DNA of 64,000 bases from the human T2T-CHM13v2.0 reference genome, Homo sapiens (GCF_009914755.1 NC_060945.1); one strand, 5' to 3'; shown: positions 1 to 15,699, counted from the first letter of the stretch. A program made the numbers and translations. Notes: generated from the sequence alone by a model not told the origin.

Positions 1-381
1 GAGGGGCAGGGGGGCAACTACTGTTTCAAGATGATTTAAGAATTTGATCAAATGTCTGGCTGCACAACTGCGTGTTTTGAAAGCACCTCACAGATGGGTT
101 CTATAATTGAGAAATGCATTTGTTCTTTGTTTGGTGCATTTAAATAATGTGATTCAAAGTTTGGAGTTGAATGCCTTTCTGAAATGACTTCCCTCCATCT
201 CGCACACACACGGTAGTGTGTTTTCACAGAACGGCGTGCAGTGGGGAAAGGACTGCATGCTTTTGGAAAGATGTAGCGCACATCCATGAGAAAATATGTC
301 AAAGAATTTGCAAACAGACACAGAAAAGTAATAACCAAAAATAAGCATCTGTGAAGCCTTGCTTTGTGTTTAGAAAAGATA

Positions 382-947
<566 letters not shown>

Positions 948-1368
948 AGCCACAGAGAATTAAAGACATGGCATATTTTTAAGAGCGAAGCACCTCACAG
1001 AAACTGAGAACTCACAGGACTTAATAGGGCGAGGCATTTCAGTGTTCTGAGAACACCGTAGAGCAAACTTCTCCAGTAAGTATTCCTTCCTTAGCATTTC
1101 TGGAGTCCATAGTACTCGAAAAGCTTGATAGAATATTCAGTATCACTAGCTACCAGTGAAAATAAACAACTTACTTTAAAAAGGACGAAGTGAGCATTTC
1201 CAAGTGTCAGGTGATTAGAGCTTCCTAGTGTTCCCTGGAAAGTGGGGCATTTCCCAAAGCCCACTCGCTCTGATCCTGTCCTCTTGGATGGCTTTGGACA
1301 CTAGGACATCATATGGCTTTTCAACATTCCAGGATTCCTGACTTTGGGGGCAGAATCCTGCCCAGTGT

Positions 1369-1703
<335 letters not shown>

Positions 1704-1967
1704 TGATGTTTTCTTTCTTGGAAGACCTAGATACAAAAAGGTGCTGAGGGTTTTTCTGGAATGGGGAACACATGGGTTCTGGTTTTCATATACCTTTGTG
1801 TGGTCTGAACAGGTTCCTCCAATCATAATATGCAAATATATATGATCCTAATGGGCTCTTCCCAAACCCTTTCCAGCTCCAAGACACAGAGCTTGATTAC
1901 CACTTGGTTACAGACTCACAGGAGGATACACAGAAAACTGAATGGACACTGCTGACTCTAATGATCT

Positions 1968-2160
1968 GCAGCGGAGGCTCTTAACCTCCAATGAGCCGTA
2001 GAGTCACCTGGAGGGCTCATTAACACACAGACTGCAGGGTCCTGCTCCAGAGTTCCCAAGTCAGATTCAGCGGGTCTGGGGTGGGCCTCAGAATTTGCAT
2101 GTTTAACAAGATCCCAGGCGATACTGACGCTGCTGGCCAGGGAACCACACTCAGAGACCC
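1968..2160. mobile_element. MER5A-like hAT-Charlie DNA transposon
   Basis: Characteristic GATTCAGCGGGTCTGGGGTGGGCCTCAGAATTTGCATGTTTAACAAG...GACGCTGCTGG. Confidence 0.8.
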
Positions 2161-2473
2161 CCAGGGTTCCAGTAATAAGGAACATAGAGAATGCTCCCTA
2201 GGTACCTGGCACCAAGGTTTCACCAGAGTCACCAAGACACACTAAGACTGACTGGCCTGAGCTTTCCCGCCCCTAAAAGCAAGGCTGATGTGCAGGAATG
2301 CAGGGAAAGGACTCAATGACAGGCTACTGTATCTGGATGACTGAAAAACAGACACCTTCACCCCTGGTCAATCTCAAGCTGGCTCAGCATTTGTTTAGGA
2401 GAGTTTAGAAGACTTTAGCAGAGCCAGAGCCCCCAGGAGGGGCCGTGACTCATGTGTCAAACATCATCAGGAG

Positions 2474-2795
2474 ACTGGGCACCATGGCTCATGCCTGTAA
2501 TCCCAGCACTTTGGGAGGCCAGGATGGTGAGATTGCTTGAGTTCAGGAGTTCAAGACCACCCAGGGCAACATGGCCAGACCCTGTCTTGACAAAAAATAC
2601 AAAAATTGGCCAGGCATGGTGGTGCGTGCCTGTAATCTCAGCTACTCGGGGGCCAATGTAGGGGGATCACTTGAGCCCAGGAGGTTGAGGCTGCAGTGAG
2701 CTGTGGTTGCACCACTGCGCTCCAGCCAGGGCAACACAGCAAGACCCTGTCTTACAACACAACACAACACAACACAACACAACACAACAAAAAAC
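2474..2795 (+). mobile_element. Alu with (CACAA)n tail (2754-2790)
   Basis: Dimeric Alu; TSD-like ACATCATCAGG on both sides. Confidence 0.92.
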
Positions 2796-3684
2796 CCACA
2801 TCATCAGGGAGCAAGACAGGGGTCTCAAGGGTGGTGGCAGGTCAGAATGTCACAGGCCGCATCAGCACATTCATTGCAGGCTAAGCAGTGAGAACATGGA
2901 GACTGTGGTCATCTAACCTTCCTTCCAAAAGGGGTTTTCAAATATTGTTTGAGTGGCAGACAAAGATATGAAAAACATTGAGGCAGAGCTTCTCTGGTTG
3001 AAGTGAGAAGAGGGTGGGCAAGGGGTCTGGAGGCAGGACAGGATGGGGAGAAGGATACCTCTGGCATCCCCCTTGCGTGGCCTTTCTCTTGATCTGGTGC
3101 ACCTGCAGGACCTCCATGGAACCCCAGGATTCCTCAGAACACAGTTGGAAAACCATTGAATGGACCTCTCCCTTCTCCCTCATTCACGCATCCACCAAAG
3201 GCTTTCTGAGCTCCTCTGTGGAGGAAACCTCTGAGGTGCTACAAAACACAGATACTCCCAGCACACTTTCTGACTTCCACAGAGTAGAAACTATCAGAAA
3301 AGATTAGATCATAGTTTTATTGGAGAATTGCTGGGCAATGCAACAAAATGAGTATGCCTGGGGTTATGAATACCATGAATACCTGGGGTTATGAATACCA
3401 AGAGCTATTCATGGTTATGGGTGGGTTTACCTAGTCATGGTAGCCTTACCTGAGACCTGGAGACTTAACCAGACAGTGGTAATGTCAGGCTCTGGCTCTG
3501 GGGGGAGGTTAGTGTGAGTGTGTGTGTATGTGTCTGTGTGTGTGTGCACATGTGCACGCTAATGGTAGTTCTTTCAGGCAACTGGACGTCTCTGCACATA
3601 GCAGGCGCTCAAGGGATATGGACTTTGACTGCTTCCATTGCCTACTCATGAGACCACCCTGTTCTATTACAGGAAGGTGGAATA

Positions 3685-3880
3685 GTCTCATGGTTTAGAA
3701 CATGGACTTTGGAGCCACGCTGCTGAAGTTCACAACCAGCCTGGGTGAACTTGGGCACGTGACTGAACCTCTCTGTTCTGGTTCCCTGACCCATAAAAAT
3801 GGGAGTGATGATAGCACTTGCTTCACAGAGTTGTTGAGAAGTTTGCATTAATCAACATCTCTAAAGCACTTAGGAAAGGC
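3685..3880 (+). mobile_element. MIR SINE
   Basis: MIR core-like GAACTTGGGCACGTGACTGAACCTCTCTG...TAAAAATGGG...TAAAGCACTTAG. Confidence 0.75.
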
Positions 3881-4364
3881 CTTGCTGTATGACAAGGACC
3901 ATCATTTGATATGTGGTTATAAGAGGTTTTTTAATACTTGGACATTTTACTCTCAATAAATATTTGATTTTTATTTTTAGGAGGCAAGACTGGGAAAGCA
4001 TTAGAAGCTAGCTGCTTGGAGGCCTAAATCCTCTAACTTCTCTCAAAATTTCTTAAATTTTTAAAATATATCAGCTGGTACCTTCAAGGCCAGATGTGAA
4101 AGTTATTTTATGATGGGAGCATCAGCTATCTGGTGTAAGAGCTGAATAGCTCTTAAGAGAAGCAAACAGGGTTGGAATCCAAGACTGACCCCTGATCTCA
4201 AGTTTTCTACTTCCCCCACCTCTTTGTCATAACTCAAGAATTAGTGGAGAAAAGAAAAGCATCCTTCATAAGCTATGATTATTAGAACAGCAAAGCCAAG
4301 AACAGTGGCCATTTAATGAGCACATACTACGTGCTCTAGGCCATGCTCAGTACTTTACGTAGGT

Positions 4365-4760
4365 TCTATCCTAGGCTGGGTTTCCCAGGAGCCCCAGAGA
4401 CAAAGTTCATGTGCAAGTCATTTATGAAAGATAAGCTCCCAGGGAAAAGAGGTGAGTGAGTGAAGAAGCAGGACACGGAGAGGGAGGAAACCGAGCAAAT
4501 GTATGATCTCAGGCAAAATCGCTCCAAGGCAACTGTCACCTGATCCTGCAGGGGACAGTGGAGTGTAAATTACCCCAGAGTTATGCCCAGTAGAAGCAAG
4601 GAAGCTGGGCTTTTCTTACTTGCATGCCATCAGTTAGAGGATCAGGCCCACCTTGGGGGAATACAAATTCCCAGGCACTTCCAGCTCCACGTCTTTGAGT
4701 AAAGTGGGGCTCCAGTAGACCAAGGGAAGCCACAGGTGCTGGCTGTAGGTATGGGAAGCA
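4365..4760. mobile_element. Old ERVL-MaLR (MLT1-type) LTR
   Basis: Similarity to recalled MLT1 LTR motif CCCAGAGACAAAG..TGTGCAAGTCATTTAT; subfamily uncertain. Confidence 0.55.
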
Positions 4761-4949
4761 AAACGAATCTCAAGAAGAAGAGTGCAAAAAAATGAGAAAA
4801 AGGGGTCCAAGGAGATCTCAAAGGAGAAGGAGTGAAGAAGCCCAGTCCTTCCACATAAGTGTGACTTGGCTCCAAAGAGAAAATCTGGAAGCCATGATCT
4901 TGGCCTCCATCAGCTATCATCAACAAATCGCAGGGGAGGCCATGTGGCC

Positions 4950-5340
4950 CATGGTTGTGAGTCATCCCTCGAGTAAGATTCAAATCCTCCTGCTCCATTC
5001 ACTGACTGTGTGAACTTGGTGATCTCATTGACCTCATTTTCTGTATCTGTAAAATTGAGACAATAATAGAACTTGTATCAAAGTGAGTTGTTCTAGCTAG
5101 GTGTGGTGGCACACACCTTAGTCCCAGGTACTCAGGAGGCTGAGGTGGGAGGATGGCTTGAGCCCAAGTGTTCAAGGTTAAGGTGAGCCATGATCATGCC
5201 ACTGCACTCCAGCCTGGGCAACAGAGCAAGATCCTGTCTCCAAACAAAAGGGAGAGTTGTTTTGAGAATTAAATAAGTTACAACATGTAAAGCTCTTGGG
5301 GCATCAGCTGGCACATAGTTGTGCTCAATAAATGACAACT
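4950..5340 (+). mobile_element. MIR interrupted by a FRAM-like Alu monomer (5095-5249)
   Basis: MIR halves flank the monomer; GAGTTGTT duplicated on both sides. Confidence 0.8.
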
Positions 5341-5677
5341 GTGACAGTGTGGATGCAGTGTGGTTACACCAGGAATATGTACAGTGAGACAGGTATTGGT
5401 CAGGACACAGTGGGAGCAGGAGCTAGGTAAGCAGAAAGGGGCTGGTGGAGTGTGTGAGTCTGGGCAGGAAACAGATTAGAGTCCAGAGAAGCCCAAATCA
5501 AGGCAGGAAGCCTTGGGCATCAACCAGAGACTGAGCCAGGCAGGCTGAGACAAGACCCTGGAGACCAAGCAGTTAATAAGAGGCTTTGAGAGCAGGGTTG
5601 AAAACCCCAGATCATGGGTAGAGGTTCTTTGCTTTGGGGCTGATTTCATTTTGGCTGCTGGGTCAATTCTGTTTCCC

Positions 5678-6920
5678 TTTTTAAAAAATCTTTGTTGAGA
5701 CATAATTTGCATGCCATAAAATTTACTCATTTAAAATATGCAATTCAATGGGGTTAGTATATTCATAGAGTTGGGCACCTATCACCACAATCCAAGTTGA
5801 GAATATTTTCATCACCCCCGCAAAAACTGCATACCCATTAGCAATCACTACCCATTTCCCCTTCCCACCAGCACCTGGCAACCACTAATCTATTTTCTGT
5901 CTCCATAGATTTGCCTGTTCTGGACATCTCATATCAATGGAATCACATAATATGTGGTGTTTTGTGACTGACTTCTTACACGTAGCATAATGTGTTCAAG
6001 GCTTATCCATGTCATAGCATGTATCAGTTCTACATTCCTTTTCATGGCTGAATAATATTTCATTGTATGGATATACCCCTTTTATTTCTCCATTTATTAG
6101 GTGATGGACATTTGGATTTCTTCCATTTTTTAGCTATTATGAATAATACTGCTATGAACATCCATGTACTAGTTTTAGTTTGGACATGTGTTTTCATTCT
6201 TCTTGGATATATACTGAGGAATGTGATTACTGGGTCTTAAGGAACCTTTATTTTTAAGCTTTTGAGGAGCTGCCAAACTGTTTTCTGAAGCAGCTGCTCC
6301 ATTTTACATTTCCACCAGGAGACTACGAGGGTTTCTATTTCTCCTCATCCTCACCAACCCTTGTAATTATCTGTGGTTTTGATTCTAGCCCATCCTGGCA
6401 AGTGTGAGGTGGTAACTCATTGTAATTTTGATTTGCATTTCCCTAAGGGCTAATAATATTGAACATCTTTTCATGTATTTATTGGCTATGTGTTTTTCTT
6501 CTTTGGAGAATGTCTACTTAAAGGCTTTATCCATTTCTAATTGACTTATTTGTCTTTTTCTTATTGAGTTGTAAGAGTTCTTTATATATTCTGGATACCA
6601 GTTCTTTCTCACATAACATGATTTGCCAACATTCTCTCCTATTCTGTGGGTCATCTTTTCACTTTCTTGATAGTGCAGCACAAAAATCTAAGTTGAGGTA
6701 GTCCACTTTATCTATTTTGTCCTTGGTCTATTCCTTTGGTGTCATGTCTAAGAAATCATTGCCTAATCCAAGGTTAAGGATTTTTAAGACTTTTATAGTC
6801 TTGGCTCTTATATTTAGCACTCTAGTCCTTTTTGAATTAAATTTTGTGTATGGTGTGATGGAGGGGGTCCAATTTCATTCTTTTGCATGTGGATATCCTT
6901 CGTCCCAACACCATTTGTTA
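5678..6920 (-). mobile_element. L1MB-type LINE-1 3' fragment
   Basis: Typical L1MB 3'UTR and ORF2 end in reverse (GATTTGCCTGTTCTGGACAT, TTGATTTGCATTTCCCT). Confidence 0.88.
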
Positions 6921-6925
6921 ATGTC

Positions 6926-7479
6926 TGTTTCAGAGGTATGTGAACCAGAGCAACTCCATCTTGAATGGGAGCTGGGTAAAATGAGGCTGAGACCTACTGG
7001 GCTGCATTCCTAGATGTTTAACGCATTCTAAGTCACAGGATGAGATAAGAGGTTGGCATAAGATACAGGTCATAAATACCTTGCTGATAAAACAGGTTGT
7101 AATAAAGAAGCTGACCCAAACCCACCAAAACCAAGATGGTGACAAAAGTGACCTCTAGTCGTCCTCACTGCTACACTCCCACCAGTGCCATGGCAGTTTG
7201 CAAATGCCATGGAAATGTTAGGAAGTTACCCTTATGGTCTAAAAAGGGAAGGCATGAATAATCCACCTCTTGTTCATCATATCATCAAGAAATAACCATA
7301 AAAATGGGCAACCAGCAGCCCTTGGAGCTGCTCTGTCTGTGGAGGAGGCATTCTTTATTCCTTTACTTTCTTAATAAACTTGCTTTCACTTTATTCTATG
7401 GATTCACCCTGAATTCTTTCTTGCGTGAGATCCAAGAACCCTCTCTTGGGGTCTGGATCAGAACTCCTTTTGGGTAACA
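6926..7479 (+). mobile_element. MER41A-type ERV1 solo LTR
   Basis: GAACCAGAGCAACTCCATCTTGAAT start, GGGGTCTGGATC...TAACA end, about 554 bp, AATAAA intact, no TTCCGGGAA block. Confidence 0.9.
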
Positions 7480-8184
7480 TCTAGATGACCTCACAGGGGG
7501 TGGCATCAGTGTGCTCCCTGCCACCTCTGCTGGACATTAACAGCTAGGACTTACAGAGACTTGAAGCTCCCATTTATTCAGTGTTTTCTACACATTCTCT
7601 ACACCAGTCCAGGCCTTGCTTTAATTGTATTAGAAAACATAAAATTGAAAGCAAAACTCCTAAATTTTCGTTTTGCAAAAGAAAATTATTTAAGCTCAAA
7701 TAATTCCCCATTTGGCATTTAGTTTTGAGATCCTCTAGCCTTTGTTATTATTTATTTATTTTTGTCCCAATGCAGCTGAAATATTTCTCCTTCTCTATCT
7801 CTGGGGCCTGTTTAACCAGGTGAAGAGTCCACACAAAGCTACAAAAATCAGTTGAAAATAAAAAAAAATTAGTGGAGAATTAGTTTTCCTTGTCTATCTG
7901 ATAAATGTCCCTAGACTTGTTTGAGTGGCTTTGCATCAAACAGCAATTAGCATGAAAGGACAGCATGACTGGGTGGTTTGGCTTCCTGCAGACGCAGCTT
8001 TGCTCACAAGAGCTTACTGATCCTTGTCACCACCCTCCTCTGGGGCAGGGCCAGGCCAGCTTGTCACCTGGGACTGGTGACATCTTCTCACTTGGCTTTT
8101 CCAGTGGAGTCTCTAGAAACAAATATTTTAGAACTTTCATCCGGACTAGGCAGGATTAAGTGAGAATCTCTTTAGCATCTGCCT

Positions 8185-8650
8185 TTGTTAGAATTAGGTT
8201 CATCTGTCTGAAAGCAAGGCCTCAAATAAAAGTGGCTTGAAAATGACCCAAGTTTATTTCTGTCTCATGTGCCCAGGGTTGGTGGGATGGCTCTGCTCCA
8301 TAGGTCCTGAGGGGCTGCTCTACCTCCTTAGCACAGCTTCTTATAGCACCAGAGGTCCAGCCATCACGTCTGCATTCCAGTCAGCAGGAAGAAAGGAGAG
8401 CAAAGAAGGGAATGTCCCTTCCCTTACAGTATGCTTTCTGGAAGTTGTATACCACTTCTACCTTCAGCCTTTGGCTAGGACTTAGTCTCAAGGACACACT
8501 TAGCTGGAAGCAATACTGCAAAATGCAGTGTTGTTATTCCACGTGGACCTGTGCCCAGGTATAAACTGGGGCCTCTACTGCAAAGGAAGCAGAACAGAAT
8601 TGACATTGGGTGGGGCGGGCAGAGGGGGGTTACTGTCTAGACTCTGCCAG
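8185..8650. mobile_element. Old MLT1-type (ERVL-MaLR) LTR
   Basis: TCCAGCCATCACGTCTGCATTCCAG and TTGGCTAGGACTTAGTCTCAAGGACACACTTAGCTG motifs. Confidence 0.65.
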
Positions 8651-11359
8651 AGTCCAAGGGCACTCTGTCCCAAGAGTCAAGGGACCTTTTCCTAATTTCA
8701 ATTCTGCAAATGATTTGTCAGCCCGGTTGAGGAGCAGGCTAGGACAGCATGCACAGATGCCGTCTTGCTCAACTTAACCCTTCTTCATTTGTGCATTTTC
8801 ATTTAATACACTTGGATTTGGTACAGAGAAGGGGAATAGGGTTCTAGACACTGAAGGAAATGAAATCCCCACATGGCTCAGAGCGTGGGGATTTTGCTAC
8901 TTGAAATACCATTGTACCCTCTCCACTTTCAAATGAAGATCCTGACATTGTTTTCCAGAACAATTGCACCGTCCAGACTCAGGGACCCACAAAAGTGTCA
9001 ATTCACCGCATGTTGGCTTTTTTTTTTTTTTTTTAAACTAATTGTAACAAGTGGTTGCTGTGAAACGCAGGCTTCCGAAGGCTGCCCTTCCAGTGACCCA
9101 TACCCTGACCTGGACAGACCACCTTCTGTCCAAAAGAGGAAAAGTTTTGTTCTTAGATCAGATGAAACCCTGGCTTACCCCTGGTGACCAGCGGGATTAA
9201 TCAGACACCAGTAAAACAGCTGACAGAAACACTGAACCAACTCACAATAACCAGCACACACATCAGGCAGCATTCCTCTGCGGGGTCTTACCTCATCCCT
9301 TTCTTTTGCCCTGAGATGCAATCCCTGCTTCCTGAGGCCGTGTTCTCTGTGCTTCTTAAAGGGAGCCACTTGCAAGCTAAGAAGCTGCCCATTTTTAGGA
9401 TCAATATGGTATTCCCCCAAGTTGGTTAGAAAACACAATGGCAGGGACAGAATTTGCAGCAGGGGTTTGTAGAGGATTAGGGCTGCTTCGCCAGGATTTA
9501 TCGCCCCATGCACAACCCAGACTGAAACCCTGGTCGCAGTCTGGGTGGTTTAGAATGAGCCAACAGGCATTGCCATCAGTTTTAGGCCTTTGAAAAGTAA
9601 AATCTTCCCAACGTGCAAAAAGTAACCACTAAAAATGGACCATAACCAGATGCAAAGAAAGAATGAAAGATTGTGAAAGGAAAAAAAAATTCTGAAACTG
9701 TATTTGGAAGGTTCCTGCAGAAGGGGTCCTTCTGAAAGTATGCAGCAGGCTTCATAGCTTGCCCAACAGTCATGTACATTTCAGAATGTAACTTTCCAAA
9801 GCAAGTTGCTTCTTTGCTTTACTACCTGCAGAGAGCCACCTGCTTCATTTAATCGTGCTTTGGGTTCTGTTTTATTTTTACTGTATCCCATTTTCCAGGG
9901 CAAAAAGCAGAAAGCAAATAAAACCACATTTTTGCTACTAACTTAATATGAAATCTATTTTAATTCAGAATGATTTCCCTCCACTTTTATTTTAAAACAT
10001 GTTTAAGAAGAAAAGCAAGCTTAGAGGATTTCTGGTCCTAAATACAGCGATTTCAAGGATTGTTATCAAAACCCTGAAGGGCAGTGTTAAACAATGGGAT
10101 AACCTTGAAATATAGGATGGCTAAGAAGTGAGAGCAAAATATCACTCACTAGTGGCTATTTGTAACCAGAGTTATGCCAGGGAAGGGAGAAAGCAGTGAG
10201 AGCCGGCAATATTTGAGACGGAAAGAGATGACAGAGAAAGGTATCTTTAGCGAGGAAAGCATTTAGTGACTTTAAATCAGATGCCAAAAGAATATTTACT
10301 GGGGGAAAAATCAATTTTTCTGTGCTGTGGAGGAAGCATTTCAAAGTAAGACAACCTTTATTTCCAAATGCCTTCTGGAGGCCCTCCCCGGAGGACACAA
10401 CACCAACGCTATTAATCTTGACTTAGTGAATGAACGTATTATACGGATTTCAATCCAGATCTTCAAGTCTTAAAGAGTTCTGAAGAGCCCAGATAAAGCA
10501 ACCCGTTTTTCCTTTGGTGATTCCTCAGGGGTAACTCACTTTAATTCCCCTTTCATCTCTATGGGAGGACTCGGAACTTTAAAAGCAAACAGGTTTCCTA
10601 TACTAATTCCTGGAGAGAAGGCTTCTGTTGCTTTCTTGCTGCTGCGAGACTGAAGGTGGGTGACCATCTTCATTTGTTACCTTGGAAGATGTGGAGAACC
10701 AGAAGTAAGTTTGAAATAATAGGCCAACGGTAGCTGTCTCCTTTCTTCGAGGAAAGTTATTGCCCTTCCAAATGCCAGTTTGTTTTTTGATTTTCCACGG
10801 TCCAGCCCCGTATTTAACACAGAAAGATGCTTTAGAAGCCAGAACACTGATAATAACCCCAAATATACACAAAGACAAAGCAGAGGGCATGCCTGTTTTG
10901 TCCCGTCAGACAAATTATGATCTAAATTTTCTGCCAACACCACTTTTTTTCCCCTGATTGTTTATGGCAACAGCAGCCTGTTTATTGAGATTCTAAACTG
11001 CAATGAAATTTTCTGGGATTGAAAAAAAGAGAATAAGAGAGTTAGAGAGAGAGAGAAGGCTTATTATGTAGAAGTAAACTGTTTCAAATGGAAACCTGAC
11101 TCCCATTGTGGAAAGGGAAAGCATTGAGGAAAATTACGCCAGATTATCTAGGCTAAAGGAAAAATTTTATGCCTCACTGTGCCACTTGCAAGGAACAGGA
11201 GAGGAAAGAAAACACTAGAAACTGTGTGGCAACAAATGACTAAATTGGGATGCAGAGATAGCAGCCTTGCTAGGTTCAGTCCAACTTGTACAAGAATGGT
11301 AACAACCTAAGGCAGAGATATACCAACAATTATCTGTTACCCAGGGATTATATTAATAA

Positions 11360-11705
<346 letters not shown>

Positions 11706-13549
11706 ACTACATTTTGACATAAAGTCCGAAGACGGGACACAGGTCAGCACTTTTCATCCTAAAGGGTTATCAAAAGACATCAACTTGTATAAAAACTGGT
11801 GTGAAAATCGAGTGATGTTTTAGTTGATGTCATATGTTTTGTTCTCTCATGTGTCCAGATCCCGGAATAGGCTGAGAAAAATAGAACCTGGAGTGTAAAA
11901 AGAAAAAAGAAACATGTTAGTGGATATAGGACATTTTGCAGCTCTCAATTTGATCTGTTCCACAGTCGTCACACAGGATGAGAAGATTGTAGGAATGTGG
12001 AAAAAATTAGAATAACCTTGCATTTCGAGTTATGGAAAAGAAACTTTTAAGCTTTTAACATTTCTGTGAGAACAACATGAACCTGACAGCTAAATCACTG
12101 AAATATTGATCACATTACAAATAAAAATTCAAACAAATTCGTTTCAATTGAAAGAGGAAAAACATTGATACTACTACTGCTCATTGGTATGGTGATATGC
12201 AAATGTGGACTCCAATAAAGGAATTTGTCTAATTTTTGGACCACAATTATGTGAGGGAATATCAAAATGTTTATAATTTGCAACAACACAAGGATGTAGA
12301 TTTTGTCTGATTTTGTTAATCTCTGAAAGGCTTATTTTTGATGTGAATTAATTGGATAGTCTAATATGCTCCCTTTCAGCCCACCATAAATATCTGTGAA
12401 TTAAATTATGTAAACAGTTTCCTCAAAAGCAGAAGCATTGCTAACTCCCTTCCCCCGCATTAAATAGTTCTATATGAGTTGACAGAAGGAGTTGGCTGTG
12501 TGACCTTTCGCAATGAACGGGGAACATAGCCCCCTCTGGCCTGAATCTGAGAGAAGCCCCTTCCCAAAGCCCTTATGAGATGATATACCAGAAAACAACA
12601 CATCTGACCAAGAAGTCTCTGAAGTTGCAGCCTTTTGTATTTACACTTTTGAGCTATCTCCATTGTGATGCAAATCTCGATTTTCAATCAAAATTGGCTA
12701 GAAAAAAAAATCTTTCTCTGGAAACCGTTGTAGGAAGCACGTAAGCCTAAATCTTAAATTTTCTCTGTTCTGACTTCCTATTAAGCCACATAACAAATGT
12801 TATCAAACACATACACCTTTTGCAACTGCTGATTGAAAACTCAACCGTGTCAACTAGCATTTTTAACTAACTATAGTTTTAGTCTTAAAGGGTGCTGAGT
12901 TTATGCGTTATAAATGAACACCCCCCTCCCTTTTTTTTTCTCTCTAATTTGGGTGCTCACGTCAAAAGCATCTAAAAGCATTTTAACTTTTGTCGACTGT
13001 CCCAATTCAAGTTTGTTTGAGAGAGTCCTCCCTTCTTAGCTTGGATCCTTTATATAAGTCCAGATGAATAAAATAAAATGAAATGCAAAAGGAAGGCATC
13101 ATTAATGGCTTGAAGGCGTCCCACTTTTATTTTCTTGTATTTTAAGAGCTGAAGTTGGAAATATGGAATCCTCCCAAGCCGCTCAGAAAGTTTGAAGACA
13201 CAGGGGGCAGGGACCCAGACTTATGGAAGTCTCCGCCTCAGGCTGAAGGTTTGTGGGCGTCTGTGTGTGCGTGCGTCTGTCTTTTACTGTACCCTTCAAG
13301 ATCGAGTTCTGAAGGAGCATTTCTCCTGCCAAAATACACACACAGCCTGGGATTAAAAGGGCTGAAACCTACCAGCAAGTTCTTAACGCCCTCCCACAAT
13401 CATTAGACCAAATCCACCATCATTCCAGATTCATTTTTCCCTTATTCATCTGTCCAACTAATTCCTGCCACATTCACCAGGCTTATATCTTAATCTTTTC
13501 TGTTACATAGAGAATACATAATGAAAAGCTGCATTTTCTGGGTACATGC

Positions 13550-14330
13550 ACACATTTGGAGCGGATGAACCATATGTGAAGCGACATACAATGCTGAATG
13601 CCGGCTGAATGGCGTCCAGCGCTAAAAACACCGCGAGCGCAGGAACAAAAAGCCGGCGAACAAGAGCCAGCGCCAGGCTTGCCTCTGCTGGAACACCAGG
13701 GGCTTCGCCGCGAAAACATGGGTATAATTTCACTGTTTTCACTCACACAAGCTGTGGGAAAGGAGTCACCATCTGATGTTTGATTGTGTGGGATATGTTT
13801 TTGGCAGTGGCCTTGTATTCCTCATTGACAAAAAAAAAGAAAAGAAAGAAAGAAACAAGAGAAAAGGGGCAGAGATGGAGGGGGGAGGAAAATAAAAAAG
13901 AATAGAGCTACATTTGCTGTTTTCAATTTGCAGTCTGGGGGACAGGCACAGCTGACAGTTCTGACCAGTGGCCACCTGAAAATCAGGGCCAGGGCCTGGG
14001 GACTGTCCCCTCTGCCTCCATCCCCTGGGCCTCCCTTTATGCCGAGGGACCAGGAGGGGACTTTTCTCCATCCTCCCCCGTCGGCTGGTTAACTTACGAC
14101 TGAGCTGTGGGGCTGACGTTTGCCTGATTTAATAAAGCCTTTTATCCAAGGTAGCGGCTGGGAAGGCAGGGTCCTGACAGCCCAGAGGGGGAAAGGGCCC
14201 AAGGCTCACAAGCAGACACTTTCCGGAGCCGGTGAGGAAAAGAGTGAAGCTTCAAAAAAACTCCCTGGCAATGCGTCTGGGGCTGAAGCCAGGTGGTTTC
14301 TCCCGTGGTTTCTGGCTGGAGACTGGCAGG
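13550..14330. promoter_or_regulatory. CpG-retaining non-repeat element, candidate enhancer
   Basis: About 14 CpG in 13560-13715; E2F-like CCGCGAAAA; RBPJ motif TGTGGGAA at 13753-13760. Confidence 0.5.
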
Positions 14331-14417
14331 GGTGTTAGGTTTACACCCTGGGTCTCTGCCCCAACCGAAGGTTCTAGAAAGAGATATGCTGCTCTTTGTC
14401 ACCATCTTTTCCTCACT

Positions 14418-14559
14418 CAGGAATGCCAGATTTAGCAAGTAAACATACAGGATGCCCAGCTACATTTGGATTTCAGAACAACAAGTACTAAGCCGTGATG
14501 TGCTGTTTCCCCAAAAGCCAATTTTCACTGAGTGTCTTGCACGTTATCTGACAATGCTA
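14418..14559. mobile_element. MER53 palindromic MITE, internally deleted
   Basis: TGCCAGATTTAGCAAGTAAACATACAGGATGCCCAG start; TTATCTGACAATGCTA end. Confidence 0.75.
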
Positions 14560-14878
14560 CTCCCACGCCACCAGGCTTCCTGGTCCAGCCACCCACCTCC
14601 CCTCACCTGTGGCGGGTGGGCAGGGGGGCGGTGATCAACAGCCTCCTCTGCCTGCATCTCAGGATGTTAAGAGGATAATGAGAGAATAGATGGGTAGCTG
14701 CTTTCCAGAAAGGTCATTAATTAGCCCTGCTGGTTAGCATGTGGTTCCAGTGCCCCAGCTGTGCTAAAGGCCTTCCTCTTAGCATCCAGTTCAAACCAGG
14801 AGACATGACCAATGAGACTAGAGAGAGTTTGGTGTCATTTCCTCCTGGTGCCCAGAGCCCCTTCTCTGATGGGTTTCA

Positions 14879-15228
<350 letters not shown>

Positions 15229-15699
15229 CTCCCCAGTTCAGCACCTCTTGCTTTTACTAGAGGCAAATATAGTGTTTAATGGAAGATGTGGGGAGAAAGC
15301 CACATCCTTTCTAATCAAGTGCTCCTACTCCCGGGGATATTGGATTGCTACCTTTGAGTACAGTGCTTGCTAAGAAGCTGGTAACACCTAGTTGGCCTCC
15401 AGGATTTGTCTTGAGGTGGGCACCTTGCCTTGAGTTCCCCATTTGTAGGCCTGTGAAGCATATCTGGTTAAAGGCAGAGAGAAAGAAAAGGTTTCCCTTT
15501 GTGAGTAGCAGGCAAGTGACCAGGACAAATCGCATTGGCAGCCAGAGCCAGGGTCTGTGCTGTCATTTATCCTCCAGGTGGGGAGGTGGGATCAGGCACC
15601 GGCTTTAAAAGGAGGTGGTGTTCTGCACCAACCGGGTCCAAGCCCTAAAGAGAAGATGTCAAAGGAGCACTGCTCTTTTGAATATTCCCTTCACTGGAA

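Noticed and set aside
13483-13783. Three overlapping 61-87 aa ORFs in the CpG patch, one with a hydrophobic stretch
   Set aside because: GC-rich DNA is stop-poor; no homology recognised and no splice context
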